A model generated the notes under the pieces. That model ran no database searches, was not told where the DNA came from, and saw only the letters and a list, made by a program, of their open reading frames with translations. 64,000 nt of DNA from Nannocystales bacterium (GTDB taxonomy: Bacteria > Myxococcota_A > Polyangia > Nannocystales > Nannocystaceae), in NCBI GenBank assembly GCA_050633305.1, contig JBOEGF010000013.1, positions 192,001-256,000 on the forward strand, written 5' to 3'. Numbering within the stretch: the stretch's first letter is position 1; each line of letters begins with the position of its first letter. This document shows, piece by piece, positions 33,423 through 43,901 of the stretch. A program made the translations under genes and the position numbers.

Positions 33423-35795
33423 CTAGCCGTTCGAGTCGGGCTGGTAGCTCACCGTCAGCTGATCGACGAAGTCGCCACTGCGGCCCTCAATCCCAGTCAC
33501 CCTGCAGTTCGTCACGTGCACTTGGTAGGGAACGCCGTTGCGATTGGCGACGATCTCTCGCCCCGTGTTGGTCACGAACTTCGCTGCTGTGATGTACGGA
33601 TAGGCGGGATCCCAAGCCAAGGCGAACTCGCTCCACCACTCGCCGGCTTGCAGTGTCTGCCCAGCGACTGGGCTCCCACCGTCGCCTCCGTGCGCCGTCC
33701 CATTGACCGTGATGCGGTCCACGACGTTGCCGCACTGAAACGCCAAGCTCTGCGGATCCGCTCCCGCAAACGCGACACCTCCAGGCCCGCCGAGCGTCAC
33801 TTCCCTGGGCATCCCGGCGTCCATCCAGGTGTAGATCAGCTGGCGGCGTGACTCGGAGAGGTCGCGGGTCACGGGCATGTGGAAGGGATCGGTGATGGGA
33901 CGCTCGAGAACGGCCCGGATCTGCTCTGCGTTGGTCCTCACGGACTCGTAGTCGTCGAGTCCGAAGCGGGACATGATGGGATACAGACGCCCATACTGAC
34001 CGAGAATGGTCTGGATGCTGCCCTCCCACGTGGGGTTGACCGCGGTGGTCTGCTCGAACACGAGCACAGAGACCAGATCGTCGGGGTTCTGGACCAAGCC
34101 GGCGGCACCGCCGTCGACTTCGTAGGTCAGGAAGTAGACCTGTCCGTCGATGAACCCTCTCGGATTGCCTGGGTCGGTCGCGGAAAGATCGAAGGTCGCG
34201 AGGCCATTGACGACGGAGGCACTGGCTCCGAACGTGAGCGCATCGGTGGGTGTTCCCAGGGGTGCACAATCGAGGCCGGGTGTCCCTCCGGTGCCAATGG
34301 TCTGGTTGGTGTACGCGAAGGAGTCCGCGGGGCTCATGGTCGTCAGGTTGACCTTCAGTCCGGCCTCTTGGGGCACCTGACCGAAGGTCCGGACGTACAC
34401 GTTCACCTGGGCCTTGTCGCCGCTGGGCTGCTGCGCCGTGGCGGTCACTCCGGGGTTCATCCGGAAGACAAACTGATCCGCCCTGAGCCAAACCCCGGAG
34501 GATGGCTCCTGCATGCGCACGACGGGTGTGGCGGCGGTGGTTCGCACGCAGATCGGAGTGTTCTTCGCGGTCTGCTGGTCTGCGGGATTCAGCTGGACGT
34601 CCACGATGCCTCCCCTGTCCTCCATGAACGCGTTGAAGTCGCTGTTGGAGATGTCCCCGCCCGCGATCTTGTCGCCGCCGACGAACGCAAACTCGAGGTT
34701 GTCCACGTCCTTGAACGGACCGACGGTAGGGTTGGCCGTCGCCAGCGCGTTCACCAAGTCCGCGCTCAGAATCCCGTCGTCGGAGACGTGGAAGTTGGAG
34801 TACGGCCCCATTGGGGTGAAGGCTCCGCTGCCCGCGGACGGGGGCCCCATGTTGCGTGCCGCGGTGAAGAACTTCGGCTCCCCGGAACTGTATGGCCCGA
34901 TGGTGCCGACGAGTCTTCCGCAGCTGAAAGCCGTGGTGACCGTTGGGCTCGGAGCCTGATAGGTCGCGGTGCGGATCTGATCACCGTAGCTGCCATAGGC
35001 GACTTGTCCCAGCCAGCGCTGCATCAGGTAGTTGACGAACACCGTCGTGTAGATGATCCCGCACTTGGTCGGGTCGCTCTTTTGGGAGGCGAGGTCATGA
35101 TAGAGACAGAGCGTCTGAAGATTGGTCCACACGTCGTCGGGGAGGTTGCTCAGACCCCCGTCGGCCTGCGTCTTCGTTCGCAGGGTTGCGAGATTGGCCG
35201 CGGTGCAGTTGTACGTGGCATCGGTGCCGTTGTAGCTGCGCAGGTGGATGCGAACCGACAAGGTGTCGTAGCCGCTAAGCGCGGTGAGCACATTGGACGT
35301 GCCCGGGTCGATCTTCACGTTGGTGAGGACCGACTGATACACCCCACCGCCGGCGCCTGAACCGTAGGTTTTCCCGTCGGCTTGCGGCCAGATGTTCCGG
35401 AAGGCCACCCCTTCGAAGTCCCCACCGAGCTTGCCAGTGCTGGCCGAAAGCCCGATCTGAAGATTGAGCCCCCACCACTCGCTCACGTTCTGCTGCTGTG
35501 GATCGAGGTCCGCGATCTTGGGTGGACTCGAAGTGTTTCCCGCGAAGACCTCCGCGCCATCAAGAGTGTCAGCGGTCGGCGCGAGGGAGCCCGCCGTCTG
35601 CACCCCAGTGACCGTACAGTCGGGGTTCAGATTGAAGATCGCGTTGCCGTACGGGTTCCACCACGTGGCCATGTCCCAGGGCTGCGTGGCGACATCGTTG
35701 CCCCGCTGGTAGTTCAAGGGCGGGTTGTTCACCGTGCTTGGGTTGGCGGTGAATCCACCCGCGAAGTGAATCCGGGGAAAATCGAGATAGCTCAT
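33423..35795 (-). CDS. VioB/RebD-like N-terminal region fused to a jacalin-like lectin domain
   Basis: MSYLDFPRIHFAG..NPSTVNN and HMPVTRDLS; C-terminal GNVVDRI..HGGDGG..KFVTNTGR..GRSGDFVDQL; GGAGG RBS. Confidence 0.7.
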   Translation of the reverse strand: MSYLDFPRIHFAGGFTANPSTVNNPPLNYQRGNDVATQPWDMATWWNPYGNAIFNLNPDCTVTGVQTAGSLAPTADTLDGAEVFAGNTSSPPKIADLDPQQQNVSEWWGLNLQIGLSASTGKLGGDFEGVAFRNIWPQADGKTYGSGAGGGVYQSVLTNVKIDPGTSNVLTALSGYDTLSVRIHLRSYNGTDATYNCTAANLATLRTKTQADGGLSNLPDDVWTNLQTLCLYHDLASQKSDPTKCGIIYTTVFVNYLMQRWLGQVAYGSYGDQIRTATYQAPSPTVTTAFSCGRLVGTIGPYSSGEPKFFTAARNMGPPSAGSGAFTPMGPYSNFHVSDDGILSADLVNALATANPTVGPFKDVDNLEFAFVGGDKIAGGDISNSDFNAFMEDRGGIVDVQLNPADQQTAKNTPICVRTTAATPVVRMQEPSSGVWLRADQFVFRMNPGVTATAQQPSGDKAQVNVYVRTFGQVPQEAGLKVNLTTMSPADSFAYTNQTIGTGGTPGLDCAPLGTPTDALTFGASASVVNGLATFDLSATDPGNPRGFIDGQVYFLTYEVDGGAAGLVQNPDDLVSVLVFEQTTAVNPTWEGSIQTILGQYGRLYPIMSRFGLDDYESVRTNAEQIRAVLERPITDPFHMPVTRDLSESRRQLIYTWMDAGMPREVTLGGPGGVAFAGADPQSLAFQCGNVVDRITVNGTAHGGDGGSPVAGQTLQAGEWWSEFALAWDPAYPYITAAKFVTNTGREIVANRNGVPYQVHVTNCRVTGIEGRSGDFVDQLTVSYQPDSNG

Positions 35796-35797
35796 GT

Positions 35798-37300
35798 TCA
35801 GGTGCCTCCGTTGCAAGCGGCGGGCAGCTTGCCGTCCGAGCAGCCGCCGTTGCCCGGGACCAACTCGTGAAAGATGTGGCTGATCCCCGCAGGGGGTAGG
35901 TCAGGGGTGCCGTCACTGGACACCATGGAGTGACAGGTGAAACAGCTCGCGGGGTTCATCACGCCCGCCTGACCATTCTGAACGTAGGTCTCCATCGTGA
36001 TGTTGGCGGACGACAGCGACCCGCTCCAAGCACGCTGCACCGGTGGCACCACCCCCTTTGCGGCCGTGGATCCATCCGAAGTCCAGATGTTGCCCGTGAG
36101 CTCGTAGTTCGCCCAGATTCCGAACCCCGACGCCCCTGCGAAGGCAGCCTGCGCGCTGGTGTTGATCGCCTTCATCGCGGCGGTGTTCGCCTGCAGCTGG
36201 GCTTTCACATCCGGTTGGCAGATGCGCTGGTTGGGGCTCACCGTGCAGTCATTGCCGTTGGGGTAGCTCCCCAGGTTCGAGTCGCCGTAGGGATGCTCGC
36301 GACAGACCTGCGTGGCAACCCCAGGGACGTAGGTATTCGTGCAGCGCTCGGCAGTGCAAGCCCGGTAGGTCGCGTCATCGAAGAAGGTCCAGCTTCCCGC
36401 CGTTGTCGGTGCGCTGAGAGCCTCGCAGTCGGGAGCATTGCTGCGCTGCTCGAATGTGCCCCAAACGAACTCTGGGTGATCCGGGGTCTTGAGCACGACA
36501 TGAAGGCCCACAAGCCCGAGCGTCTTCTCCTCGCAAACGGTCGGTTTTGCCTCGTCGGGCTGAATGAGGCCTCGGACGGTGTAGAAGTTTCCGCTTGCCG
36601 CCTCACTCGGAGTCATGACCTTCCAGGCCGTCTTCAGCTCCGCCGACCCATCGGGGAAGGCGAGGTTCGGGTAGTTCTGGATGAGATCAACCCCAGCATC
36701 GTTACGTCCAAGCTGGGCGCCGCAACCGTATTTGTAGAGCTCACAGCTCGTCACGAAGTCGTATGCGGTCTTGTTGAGGGAAACGCCGTAGTAGACCTTC
36801 TCCCCCTGCTGATCGATCAGGGGCTGCAGTACACCAGCTTGCTTCGTGATCCCCGAGAAGACGAGCGCCTGGCCGTCGCCCTGACTGGAGCACGCGTTCG
36901 CGGGCACCGTCCCCCATGCGGCCGGGCTCTCTCCTGCGCCCACAAAAACCCCGTAGGTGGGCATCCACGTTTCCAGCACCAACTTCCCTGCCGTGGCCGA
37001 GGGCTGGACGACCTGGGAGAACGCGTGCCACATGAACTGGTGAAAGCCGCACTGTGTCCCCCCACTGACTTCAGTCGGAAGAGCGCCCTTTGTGAGCCAA
37101 GCACTATCGAAATCACAGGTACTGGTGCCTGTATCTCCGCCCGCGTCCGCTGCCACAGCTGCGAGCGGTTTCCCGGTCTCACCGTCGACGGCCGGACGAG
37201 CGGGCGGTTCTGGCGTCCGAGAGTCGCAAGCGCCGAGACAGGCCGACAGGGACGAAGCCGCGACAATGTACACACGCGATAACTTGGAGAACTCTTTCAT
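35798..37300 (-). CDS. Monoheme cytochrome c-family lipoprotein
   Basis: Lipobox LGAC; ELKTAWK, VGLHVVLKT, WGTFE, ANITMETY, SCFTCH. Confidence 0.8.
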   Translation of the reverse strand: MKEFSKLSRVYIVAASSLSACLGACDSRTPEPPARPAVDGETGKPLAAVAADAGGDTGTSTCDFDSAWLTKGALPTEVSGGTQCGFHQFMWHAFSQVVQPSATAGKLVLETWMPTYGVFVGAGESPAAWGTVPANACSSQGDGQALVFSGITKQAGVLQPLIDQQGEKVYYGVSLNKTAYDFVTSCELYKYGCGAQLGRNDAGVDLIQNYPNLAFPDGSAELKTAWKVMTPSEAASGNFYTVRGLIQPDEAKPTVCEEKTLGLVGLHVVLKTPDHPEFVWGTFEQRSNAPDCEALSAPTTAGSWTFFDDATYRACTAERCTNTYVPGVATQVCREHPYGDSNLGSYPNGNDCTVSPNQRICQPDVKAQLQANTAAMKAINTSAQAAFAGASGFGIWANYELTGNIWTSDGSTAAKGVVPPVQRAWSGSLSSANITMETYVQNGQAGVMNPASCFTCHSMVSSDGTPDLPPAGISHIFHELVPGNGGCSDGKLPAACNGGT

Positions 37301-38004
37301 GAGCACTTCTTCCGATGACGTTCCAGCTCTCGTCTCTATCCGATGGCAGAAAAGCCGCCTCTTGCAGCGACGGGCCGCCGGAATGGCCCATGCTGGGATG
37401 GCGATGCGGCAGACGTCGCACGCTTCATTCGCGTGTCTACACCTTGCCGGACCAAAGGGGCAATGACGGGAGAAGTACACGCGGCGTACCTGAACCGAGG
37501 TCGGCCAGCCGGCCAAGCGTCTCATGTCGGCGGCTGAGTTCCTCGAGCCACAAGGACACAAGGCCGTTGACGTTCGTTGAACAACGTCCACTCGAACCGA
37601 GAGAGCTCTACATGCAATCCCACCTGCGGCACGTATGGGCGGCGCGGTGTGGCCAGCCGGACCATCACTCTTGCAAGGGACCGAAATGCGGCAGCCCTGC
37701 GGCCCAAAAAAGCGGGCCTCGCCGCGCTGACATCCACAGGTCCTGGGCCACTTCCCTACATGAATGTGGCACCACGACGTCGGTGGTTGGTCGAAGGCGT
37801 AGGCCAGCAACGGCCGCGCGGTGCTCGAGGCCGCACGCCACTTCCGGAGCGTCGCGCGGCATCGCCCTCCTCTGGACCATCGCGGCCCGTGGTTGGGGGC
37901 AGCAACTCGGACAGCCCGTCAGTCATGACACCCGTGCCGTCGTAAAATGACACGATTCGCAGCGAGAACCTCGAGAAGGTCCCCCAAACGGCGGCCATGG
38001 GAGG

Positions 38005-38020
38005 TGGCACAGCGCTTGCT
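38005..38020 (+). promoter_or_regulatory. sigma54 (-24/-12) promoter
   Basis: TGGCACAGCGCTTGCT matches TGGCAC-N5-TTGC with exact spacing. Confidence 0.6.
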
Positions 38021-38254
38021 CTGTTGGTGGGCATGACCCTTTCGAACAACGCGGAACGCCCTGCCCAGCGCGCCGACGACCTGGACGCCTTGCGAGACGA
38101 GTTGGAGCAAGCGGACTGGTGTGGCAGCGAAGTGAGTCACGGTCGCCAGACCGCCCGGGTCGGGCACCCAAAGAGCCCGGGGAAACCGCTCTAGAGCCGT
38201 AGACCTGTGTCTCGGGCCGCCTTCGTCGCCTTCGCGACCGCAGGGTCTCCCGGC

Positions 38255-38674
38255 TCAGCCCTGGTCGAACAAATACTGGATCAGGTCGGTGCTCGTCACG
38301 ATGCCCTCGAGGTCGCCATCGTCATTCACGACCGGAAGGCAGTGGAAGTCGCCCCCTCTGAGCTTGTCCGACGCGTGGTGGACGGTCTGCTCCTTGTGGA
38401 CCGTGAACAAGCCGGTCGTCATCACCTGTTGAATGGAGAACTGTGCGTCGAGCATGGCGTCCACCGTCTTCGCGTCCGCACCGTAGGCACTGATGCTCAA
38501 CCGCATCATGTCCGTGGCGCTCAGTAGGCCGACCAGCCGTCGGCCGTCCACCACCGGCACGTGGTGAAACCGCTTCTCGGCCATGAGGCGTCGGACGCGA
38601 CTGAGCTGGTCGCCGACATCCACCGTCTCGGGGTCCGCAGTCATGATGGAGGAGATCAGGTCCTGGTGTTGCAC
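38255..38674 (-). CDS. CBS domain pair protein
   Basis: IMTADP, HHVPVVDGRRLVGLLSATD, LPVVNDDGDLEGIVTSTDL. Confidence 0.88.
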   Translation of the reverse strand: MQHQDLISSIMTADPETVDVGDQLSRVRRLMAEKRFHHVPVVDGRRLVGLLSATDMMRLSISAYGADAKTVDAMLDAQFSIQQVMTTGLFTVHKEQTVHHASDKLRGGDFHCLPVVNDDGDLEGIVTSTDLIQYLFDQG

Positions 38675-38766
38675 GGGCGAGTTGCTTCGTAGCCCGGAGC
38701 GCGGCCCCCCGCCCCGCACAGTTTGCGCTCGAAGGTCGGGCACCAGAGCCCCCAGAAGCCACGGGG

Positions 38767-41700
38767 TCAGCGGCCGGTCTTGCGGCGTCTCGTGACCGGC
38801 CGCGCCGCGAGCTGAACCGTCTTGTCTCCGTCGTCGGTCTCGACCACGACCGTGTAGCTCTGACCCGCTTGGACCCAAGTGCTGCTCAGGCTCACCGCCA
38901 ACGCACTCGCTCCAGCCTCTTCGGTGGTCTCCCCGTCCACCGCCAAGACCCGCTGCCCTGCTCGAAGACCCTGCTCGGCTGCGGGGCCCGATGCTTCGAC
39001 CATCGAGATCCATAGCTCGAGGGGACGCTCAGGCGCGCCCACGGCCATGGGCTTCCCGCCGTCCGCAGGTGGCGGCTCGAAGCCCGCCACCACCCGCATC
39101 CCCAAGCTACCGCGCTCGTCTTCAGGGATCGGCGCCCCTCCGCGTATCACGACGTCGCCGAGATCGACCTCGGCCCCCGACTCGACAAAGACAACCGACT
39201 CCGCACGGACCGTCCCCGAAGCGAGCAGGCCTGCCCCGCCGAAGCGGATCCGGCCTCGGCCTTCGCCCAGACCCTCGATACGAAAGCGGCCATCCGCATT
39301 CGTGTTCGTCGTCTCACCGGCCAGCTGCCGATTGAGCCGCGCGTTGCGGCCGCGTTCTCCGCCTCGCATCGACCAGCTCATCGAGACGTTGGCAGCGGGG
39401 TCGCCTTCGGGCGTGACAGCCCGCCCGGTGACCGTCCCCCATTCGCCCAGCGCCACTTCGATGCCGTCCATCGAGGCTTGGACGTCCACGAGGACCGTCG
39501 CGCATCCTTCCTGCGCGTTGACCACCAGGACCGCCTGACCGTTGGGCAGTCCCGAGACCTCGAAGCGGCCCTCGTCGCTGAGGAAACGCCTCCGCATGCC
39601 TCCGATGGTGAGCTCGAATCGAGGCAGAGGTTCCCCGTCCAGGCTCACGGTACCCGCAATGCGCCCGAGTTCCTCGACCTCCAGCTCGACGTCGTCACCG
39701 ACGGAGACGCCGGTCGCCTCACCCCGCGCATTGCCACGTTCGGTGTCCGCGGCAACCGTATAGACACCATCGGCCAGACCTGCGAACGAGAAGTGCCCTT
39801 CTGCATCGGTGACCGTCCGTGGAGTGCTCCGCAGAGGGGTTGACCGATTCTCGCTCCACAGCGTGACCCATGCGTCTTCAAGCGGGCCATCCACACCCTT
39901 GACCACGCCCTCGATGGATCCCTGCGGCGCCGAGACGTGCAGCTCAACATCGTCGATGTCTTCGTCGGAGACATCCAGCGCAAGACCCGGGTCGTCCTCG
40001 GGCTCCCCCGTCCGAACCCAGAGGCCGCCGTGGCGGTCCTCGACCGCCAGCCGATAAGTGCCGGGGTTGACACCCACCACCTCAAACCTGCCGGACGCAT
40101 CTGTAACGGCCTTCTGCACGTTCCCGCGGGCGAGCCGGGTCGCAATGGCCTCGCTCGAACCCTGGTCTTCGGTGAGTCGCAGTGTCAATCCGGCGGCGGA
40201 GACGTCCCCCGCGTCGACTCGGCCCCGAATCACGGGGCGCGGCTCCATGCGGAGCTCGAAGCCGTCGATCCCCGAATCAGACACTGAGATGTCCGCCTCG
40301 CCGAGGCTTCCATCCGTACCTTCTGCGGAGAGCTTCCAGTCACCGACCGGTACCGAAGAGATGGAGAACAGCCCTTCTGCGTCGCTGCGGACGTGAGCGT
40401 GGCTGATCATGTTGCCCTTCAACATGACCTCGAGTCCGCCTTGCTCCTTGCGCAGCCTGACGCGCACATCGGCGGCCTGTGGCGGCTCGATCCGTCCAGA
40501 CACGACGGCCCCACGCTCGACGGCAACTTCGACGCCCTCGACATCTGCAGCCTCGACCTCGACCCTCGTTTCAAACGTCGAGGGGATGAATCCGTGCCCA
40601 TCGATCATCAGAGGGTGTTCGCCGGGGCTCACGCCAAGCAGCACGAACGTCCCGTCATCGGCGGTCACCGTGCTCGGGCCGCCTCGTCCGGAGACCTTCA
40701 CCGAGGCGCCGGCGATTCCCACCGAGGTCTGTGCGCGGTCGACGACCCGTCCGTGGACATTAAACGCAGGGTCGAGCGCGACGACCAGTCCATCGAAGTG
40801 CTCAGCGATGCCCAACGTGACCTCGGTGGGCACGCCCGTCGCAAGATGGTCAGCACTCGCGAACAGCCGATACCTGGCGGAAGAGAGCCCTCGAAGCGTG
40901 AACCGCCCGTCGGGTCCCGACACGACCCTCTCCTCTTTCCGGGCGCTTCGACTGCTTCGAGACTTCCCCCGTCGAACCTCCTCAGCGAAGGACACGACAG
41001 CACCTGACACGGGCGTGCGACCGTCCTGCCCGACAATCCGGCCCGAGATCGATGACGCGGGGAGCAGCTGAAAGTCGATGGTCTGCGCCGATCCGCGCAC
41101 GATGATGTGTTGCTCGGTGCGCTCATAGTCCTCATCCCATGCGAGGAGCCCGTACCCTCCCTTCGGCACCCTCAGGGCGAAGCGTCCCTCCGCGTCGGAC
41201 ATCGCCGCGAAGGTCCGTCCTCCACCTTCTGCGCGGACGACCGCCCCCTCGATCGGGCCTCCGCCGATATCCGCGACCACGCCCGATACCGAACTCCCGC
41301 CACGGGCAAGCAGCACCGTCACGTCGGGCGTCGTCTCTCCGGTCCGGACGAGAAACGACGCACGTTGCGGAGAGTAGTGGCCGGGAGCACTGGCTGCCGC
41401 GAGGTAACGCCCTGGCGACAACCCCTCCACTGTGAAGGTCCCATCCCCGTCGACAGGAACGATCGCCAACGCCGAGCGCCCGCGTTCGCTGGCGAACGCA
41501 GCGCCCCCACTTGGCGTGGTGATCGTCACCACCGCGCCGAGGAGCGGCTCCTTCGTACTCGACTCCAGAGCCACCCCGCGAACACCTCCGAGCCTCGCCA
41601 CGGCAGAACTGGCGGTTGTTCCCCGGTGGGGCACGGCAGGCGAGCCATCGTCGGCGGGCAAAAGCCCCGAACTCGAGTCTGCTTCGGCGCCACCTCTGGC

Positions 41701-42447
41701 AAACGTCCCGTACGCAAGAGCGGCAAGGGCCAGTGTAGTGACCACGACAACGAGCTTCTTCATGATGATTGTCTTTCCAAGAGCGCCGAACCAGGGGGAG
41801 AGCTTCGAGGACCCGGCACCGGCTCCTGTGGCGATGGGACTCAGTGGAAGAGCGGCCGCCACACGACGGGCAAACGCGGGGGACGGTGCGGTCCGGGAGA
41901 GCTCCCGCTCCAGGGCGCGCTCAACCTTGTCTCGGAGCAGTCGGCGGCCCCGGGACAGACGTTGCTCTGTGGCCGACCGGCTGATCCCAAGTCGCTGGGC
42001 GACATGGTCGGTCGAGCGACCCTCGCGGTAGTACAGGACCAAGACCTCCCGGTATCGGGATGGCAAGGTCTCGAGCAACCTCCAGACCTCCTGTCGCGAC
42101 TCTTTCTCCAGCACCGTCTCCTCCATGCCCATCTCCTCGTCCCCGATCGATTCCATGTCTGCTAGGGGCACATCGACGACGGCACGCCTGCTTTTGCGAG
42201 CCAGATTCCGCGCGATTCCTGCGAGCCATCCGCCAACCCGCTCGGGCGCGGCGATTCCAGGCAGCTTCTTCCACGCGATGAGAAACGTCTCCTGCGCGAG
42301 GTCTTCACTGACATCCCGCCGACCGGTGGCGGCATAGGTCACCGCACAAACGGCGCCCTGATAACGCCGAACCAACTCCGTAAACGCTGCGGGTTGGCCC
42401 TCGGAACTCGCTTCGCAGAGCTCCGCGTCTGTCTTGGCCGCGAACAC
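38767..42447 (-). CDS. ECF sigma factor fused to TM, carboxypeptidase-regulatory-like repeats and PDZ
   Basis: EDLAQETFL, REVLVLYYREG, RLSRGRRLL; TM; repeated TDAEGRF/GRY beta-sandwich units; GPAAEQGLRAGQRVLAVDG; GAGGAGG RBS before GTG 42447. Confidence 0.87.
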   Translation of the reverse strand: MFAAKTDAELCEASSEGQPAAFTELVRRYQGAVCAVTYAATGRRDVSEDLAQETFLIAWKKLPGIAAPERVGGWLAGIARNLARKSRRAVVDVPLADMESIGDEEMGMEETVLEKESRQEVWRLLETLPSRYREVLVLYYREGRSTDHVAQRLGISRSATEQRLSRGRRLLRDKVERALERELSRTAPSPAFARRVAAALPLSPIATGAGAGSSKLSPWFGALGKTIIMKKLVVVVTTLALAALAYGTFARGGAEADSSSGLLPADDGSPAVPHRGTTASSAVARLGGVRGVALESSTKEPLLGAVVTITTPSGGAAFASERGRSALAIVPVDGDGTFTVEGLSPGRYLAAASAPGHYSPQRASFLVRTGETTPDVTVLLARGGSSVSGVVADIGGGPIEGAVVRAEGGGRTFAAMSDAEGRFALRVPKGGYGLLAWDEDYERTEQHIIVRGSAQTIDFQLLPASSISGRIVGQDGRTPVSGAVVSFAEEVRRGKSRSSRSARKEERVVSGPDGRFTLRGLSSARYRLFASADHLATGVPTEVTLGIAEHFDGLVVALDPAFNVHGRVVDRAQTSVGIAGASVKVSGRGGPSTVTADDGTFVLLGVSPGEHPLMIDGHGFIPSTFETRVEVEAADVEGVEVAVERGAVVSGRIEPPQAADVRVRLRKEQGGLEVMLKGNMISHAHVRSDAEGLFSISSVPVGDWKLSAEGTDGSLGEADISVSDSGIDGFELRMEPRPVIRGRVDAGDVSAAGLTLRLTEDQGSSEAIATRLARGNVQKAVTDASGRFEVVGVNPGTYRLAVEDRHGGLWVRTGEPEDDPGLALDVSDEDIDDVELHVSAPQGSIEGVVKGVDGPLEDAWVTLWSENRSTPLRSTPRTVTDAEGHFSFAGLADGVYTVAADTERGNARGEATGVSVGDDVELEVEELGRIAGTVSLDGEPLPRFELTIGGMRRRFLSDEGRFEVSGLPNGQAVLVVNAQEGCATVLVDVQASMDGIEVALGEWGTVTGRAVTPEGDPAANVSMSWSMRGGERGRNARLNRQLAGETTNTNADGRFRIEGLGEGRGRIRFGGAGLLASGTVRAESVVFVESGAEVDLGDVVIRGGAPIPEDERGSLGMRVVAGFEPPPADGGKPMAVGAPERPLELWISMVEASGPAAEQGLRAGQRVLAVDGETTEEAGASALAVSLSSTWVQAGQSYTVVVETDDGDKTVQLAARPVTRRRKTGR

Positions 42448-42579
42448 TTCAACCTCCTCTCCCGTTTGGGGACCCCACCCTGACAAAAACTTTCGACGCG
42501 CGTAACACGCAGCGAGATCCGTGGCCGCGGCTATCCATGCTCGCGATGGCGCACCGGTCGACGTAGCCTCTGGGAAGCC

Positions 42580-43077
42580 ATGATCCGCGCACCGTTCGAC
42601 CCTGTGGTGAACATCGACGACGCAGCCGTAGAGGGGAGCGGAGAGGCGCCGTGGGGCGCCCGATGGAAAGTCCTCACCCCCCACATGCGCAACGCCGGCG
42701 GCACCCTCGGGGTCGTCGAGAACACACTCGGGCCCGGCATGGTCGGGTGCCCGTTCCATTGGCACCTCCGGGAGGACGAGGTCTTTGTGGTGACCTCGGG
42801 CCGCGGCACCTTGCGCTACGGGGAAGAAACGCGGGAGCTCCGGGCGGGAGACTGCATTTCGTGTCCTGCGGGCACACGCGTCGCCCACCAGATCGCGAAC
42901 CCGTTCGACGAAGACCTCGTCTACCTCGCGATCGGACACCGCGATCCGAACGAGGTCTGCGGCTACCCGGATACAGGCAAGGTCATGGTGCGCGCACTTC
43001 AGACCGTGGGTCGCCTCGCGGCCGCGGACTACATGGACGGCGAGCCCAGTCCCCCGACGATCTTGTCCGAGGGCTGA
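42580..43077 (+). CDS. Cupin domain protein
   Basis: FHWHLREDE...AHQIAN, YPDTGK. Confidence 0.88.
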   Translation: MIRAPFDPVVNIDDAAVEGSGEAPWGARWKVLTPHMRNAGGTLGVVENTLGPGMVGCPFHWHLREDEVFVVTSGRGTLRYGEETRELRAGDCISCPAGTRVAHQIANPFDEDLVYLAIGHRDPNEVCGYPDTGKVMVRALQTVGRLAAADYMDGEPSPPTILSEG

Positions 43078-43126
43078 GATGGCGTAGCGACGTGGTCCAG
43101 CTGTTCGTTGCTCGTAGCCGCTCCTT

Positions 43127-43729
43127 CTATCGCTGCCAACGTGCCGCCGCGGTCGCAGCTCGTGCCAGCTGCATCTCCGAGAAACGGGCTTGGGGGTCGC
43201 GATCACAGCTGCACATCAGATTCTTGGCCGCACGCTCGTGCTCCAAGCCAAACGCATGACCGATCTCGTGGGAGAGGGTCGTCCGGCTGGCCGCGTTGCT
43301 CAGCACGATGACACGTTGACGAGGCAACCAACTCCCACGGGTGGTCGCGCGTCTACGGGGTCGTCGCAGTGGCCCTGCGACGGCGATGTGAACGCCATCA
43401 CGGGTGCCCAACGCCGACAGTCCTTGCCGCCCACGTCGCGTGCGAGCGTCGATGGACGCCGCGGGTACATAGTGCACCGACGCGACCTCGAACGAGAACC
43501 CGGCGGGAGCGAAGTCGGTTGCAGCCTGCCCGACCCACTCGCCCAACACCTCGGGCGTGACGACAGGACCACGCCGGTTCACGCCAACGTACAGGTGAAG
43601 GGGAACCTCGACGTGGTTTGCCATCGGCCCCACGCTCGTCGCCGAGAGAGGCCGGGCGCTGCAGGCTCCCAGGACCGTCATGAACACGAGAAGCGGCAGG
43701 CGCACGAAGGGACAGGGAGCAAACATCAT
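43127..43729 (-). CDS. Zinc metalloprotease (metzincin) lipoprotein
   Basis: Lipobox LGAC; HEIGHAFGLEH and NLM Met-turn. Confidence 0.8.
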   Translation of the reverse strand: MMFAPCPFVRLPLLVFMTVLGACSARPLSATSVGPMANHVEVPLHLYVGVNRRGPVVTPEVLGEWVGQAATDFAPAGFSFEVASVHYVPAASIDARTRRGRQGLSALGTRDGVHIAVAGPLRRPRRRATTRGSWLPRQRVIVLSNAASRTTLSHEIGHAFGLEHERAAKNLMCSCDRDPQARFSEMQLARAATAAARWQR

Positions 43730-43901
43730 GCCACCGGCTTGCCCGTGTACATCTGCACCGGACTCGGGGCTCTTCGCCCCGCGGGGGCAGTCGCAGCGCC
43801 CAAGTCACCACGTCCTGCCTGCCCACGAGTTCTTGTTCTCGCAGTTCTTGCCGGACGGCGAGCGCCGGTCGCCCGTCACCGCGGTGCTACCTTCCTGCGC
43901 G

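Noticed and set aside
33423..35795. Violacein or indolocarbazole biosynthetic cluster
   Set aside because: No VioA/RebO oxidase, VioE, halogenase or ferritin-like domain present.
32664..37300. tRNA-Asp as integration site of an island carrying the VioB-like operon
   Set aside because: No integrase and no duplicated tRNA 3' end found by eye in the window.
42448..43206. N-terminal extension of the 1479-aa sigma ORF
   Set aside because: Antisense to the cupin gene; strong RBS precedes GTG 42447.
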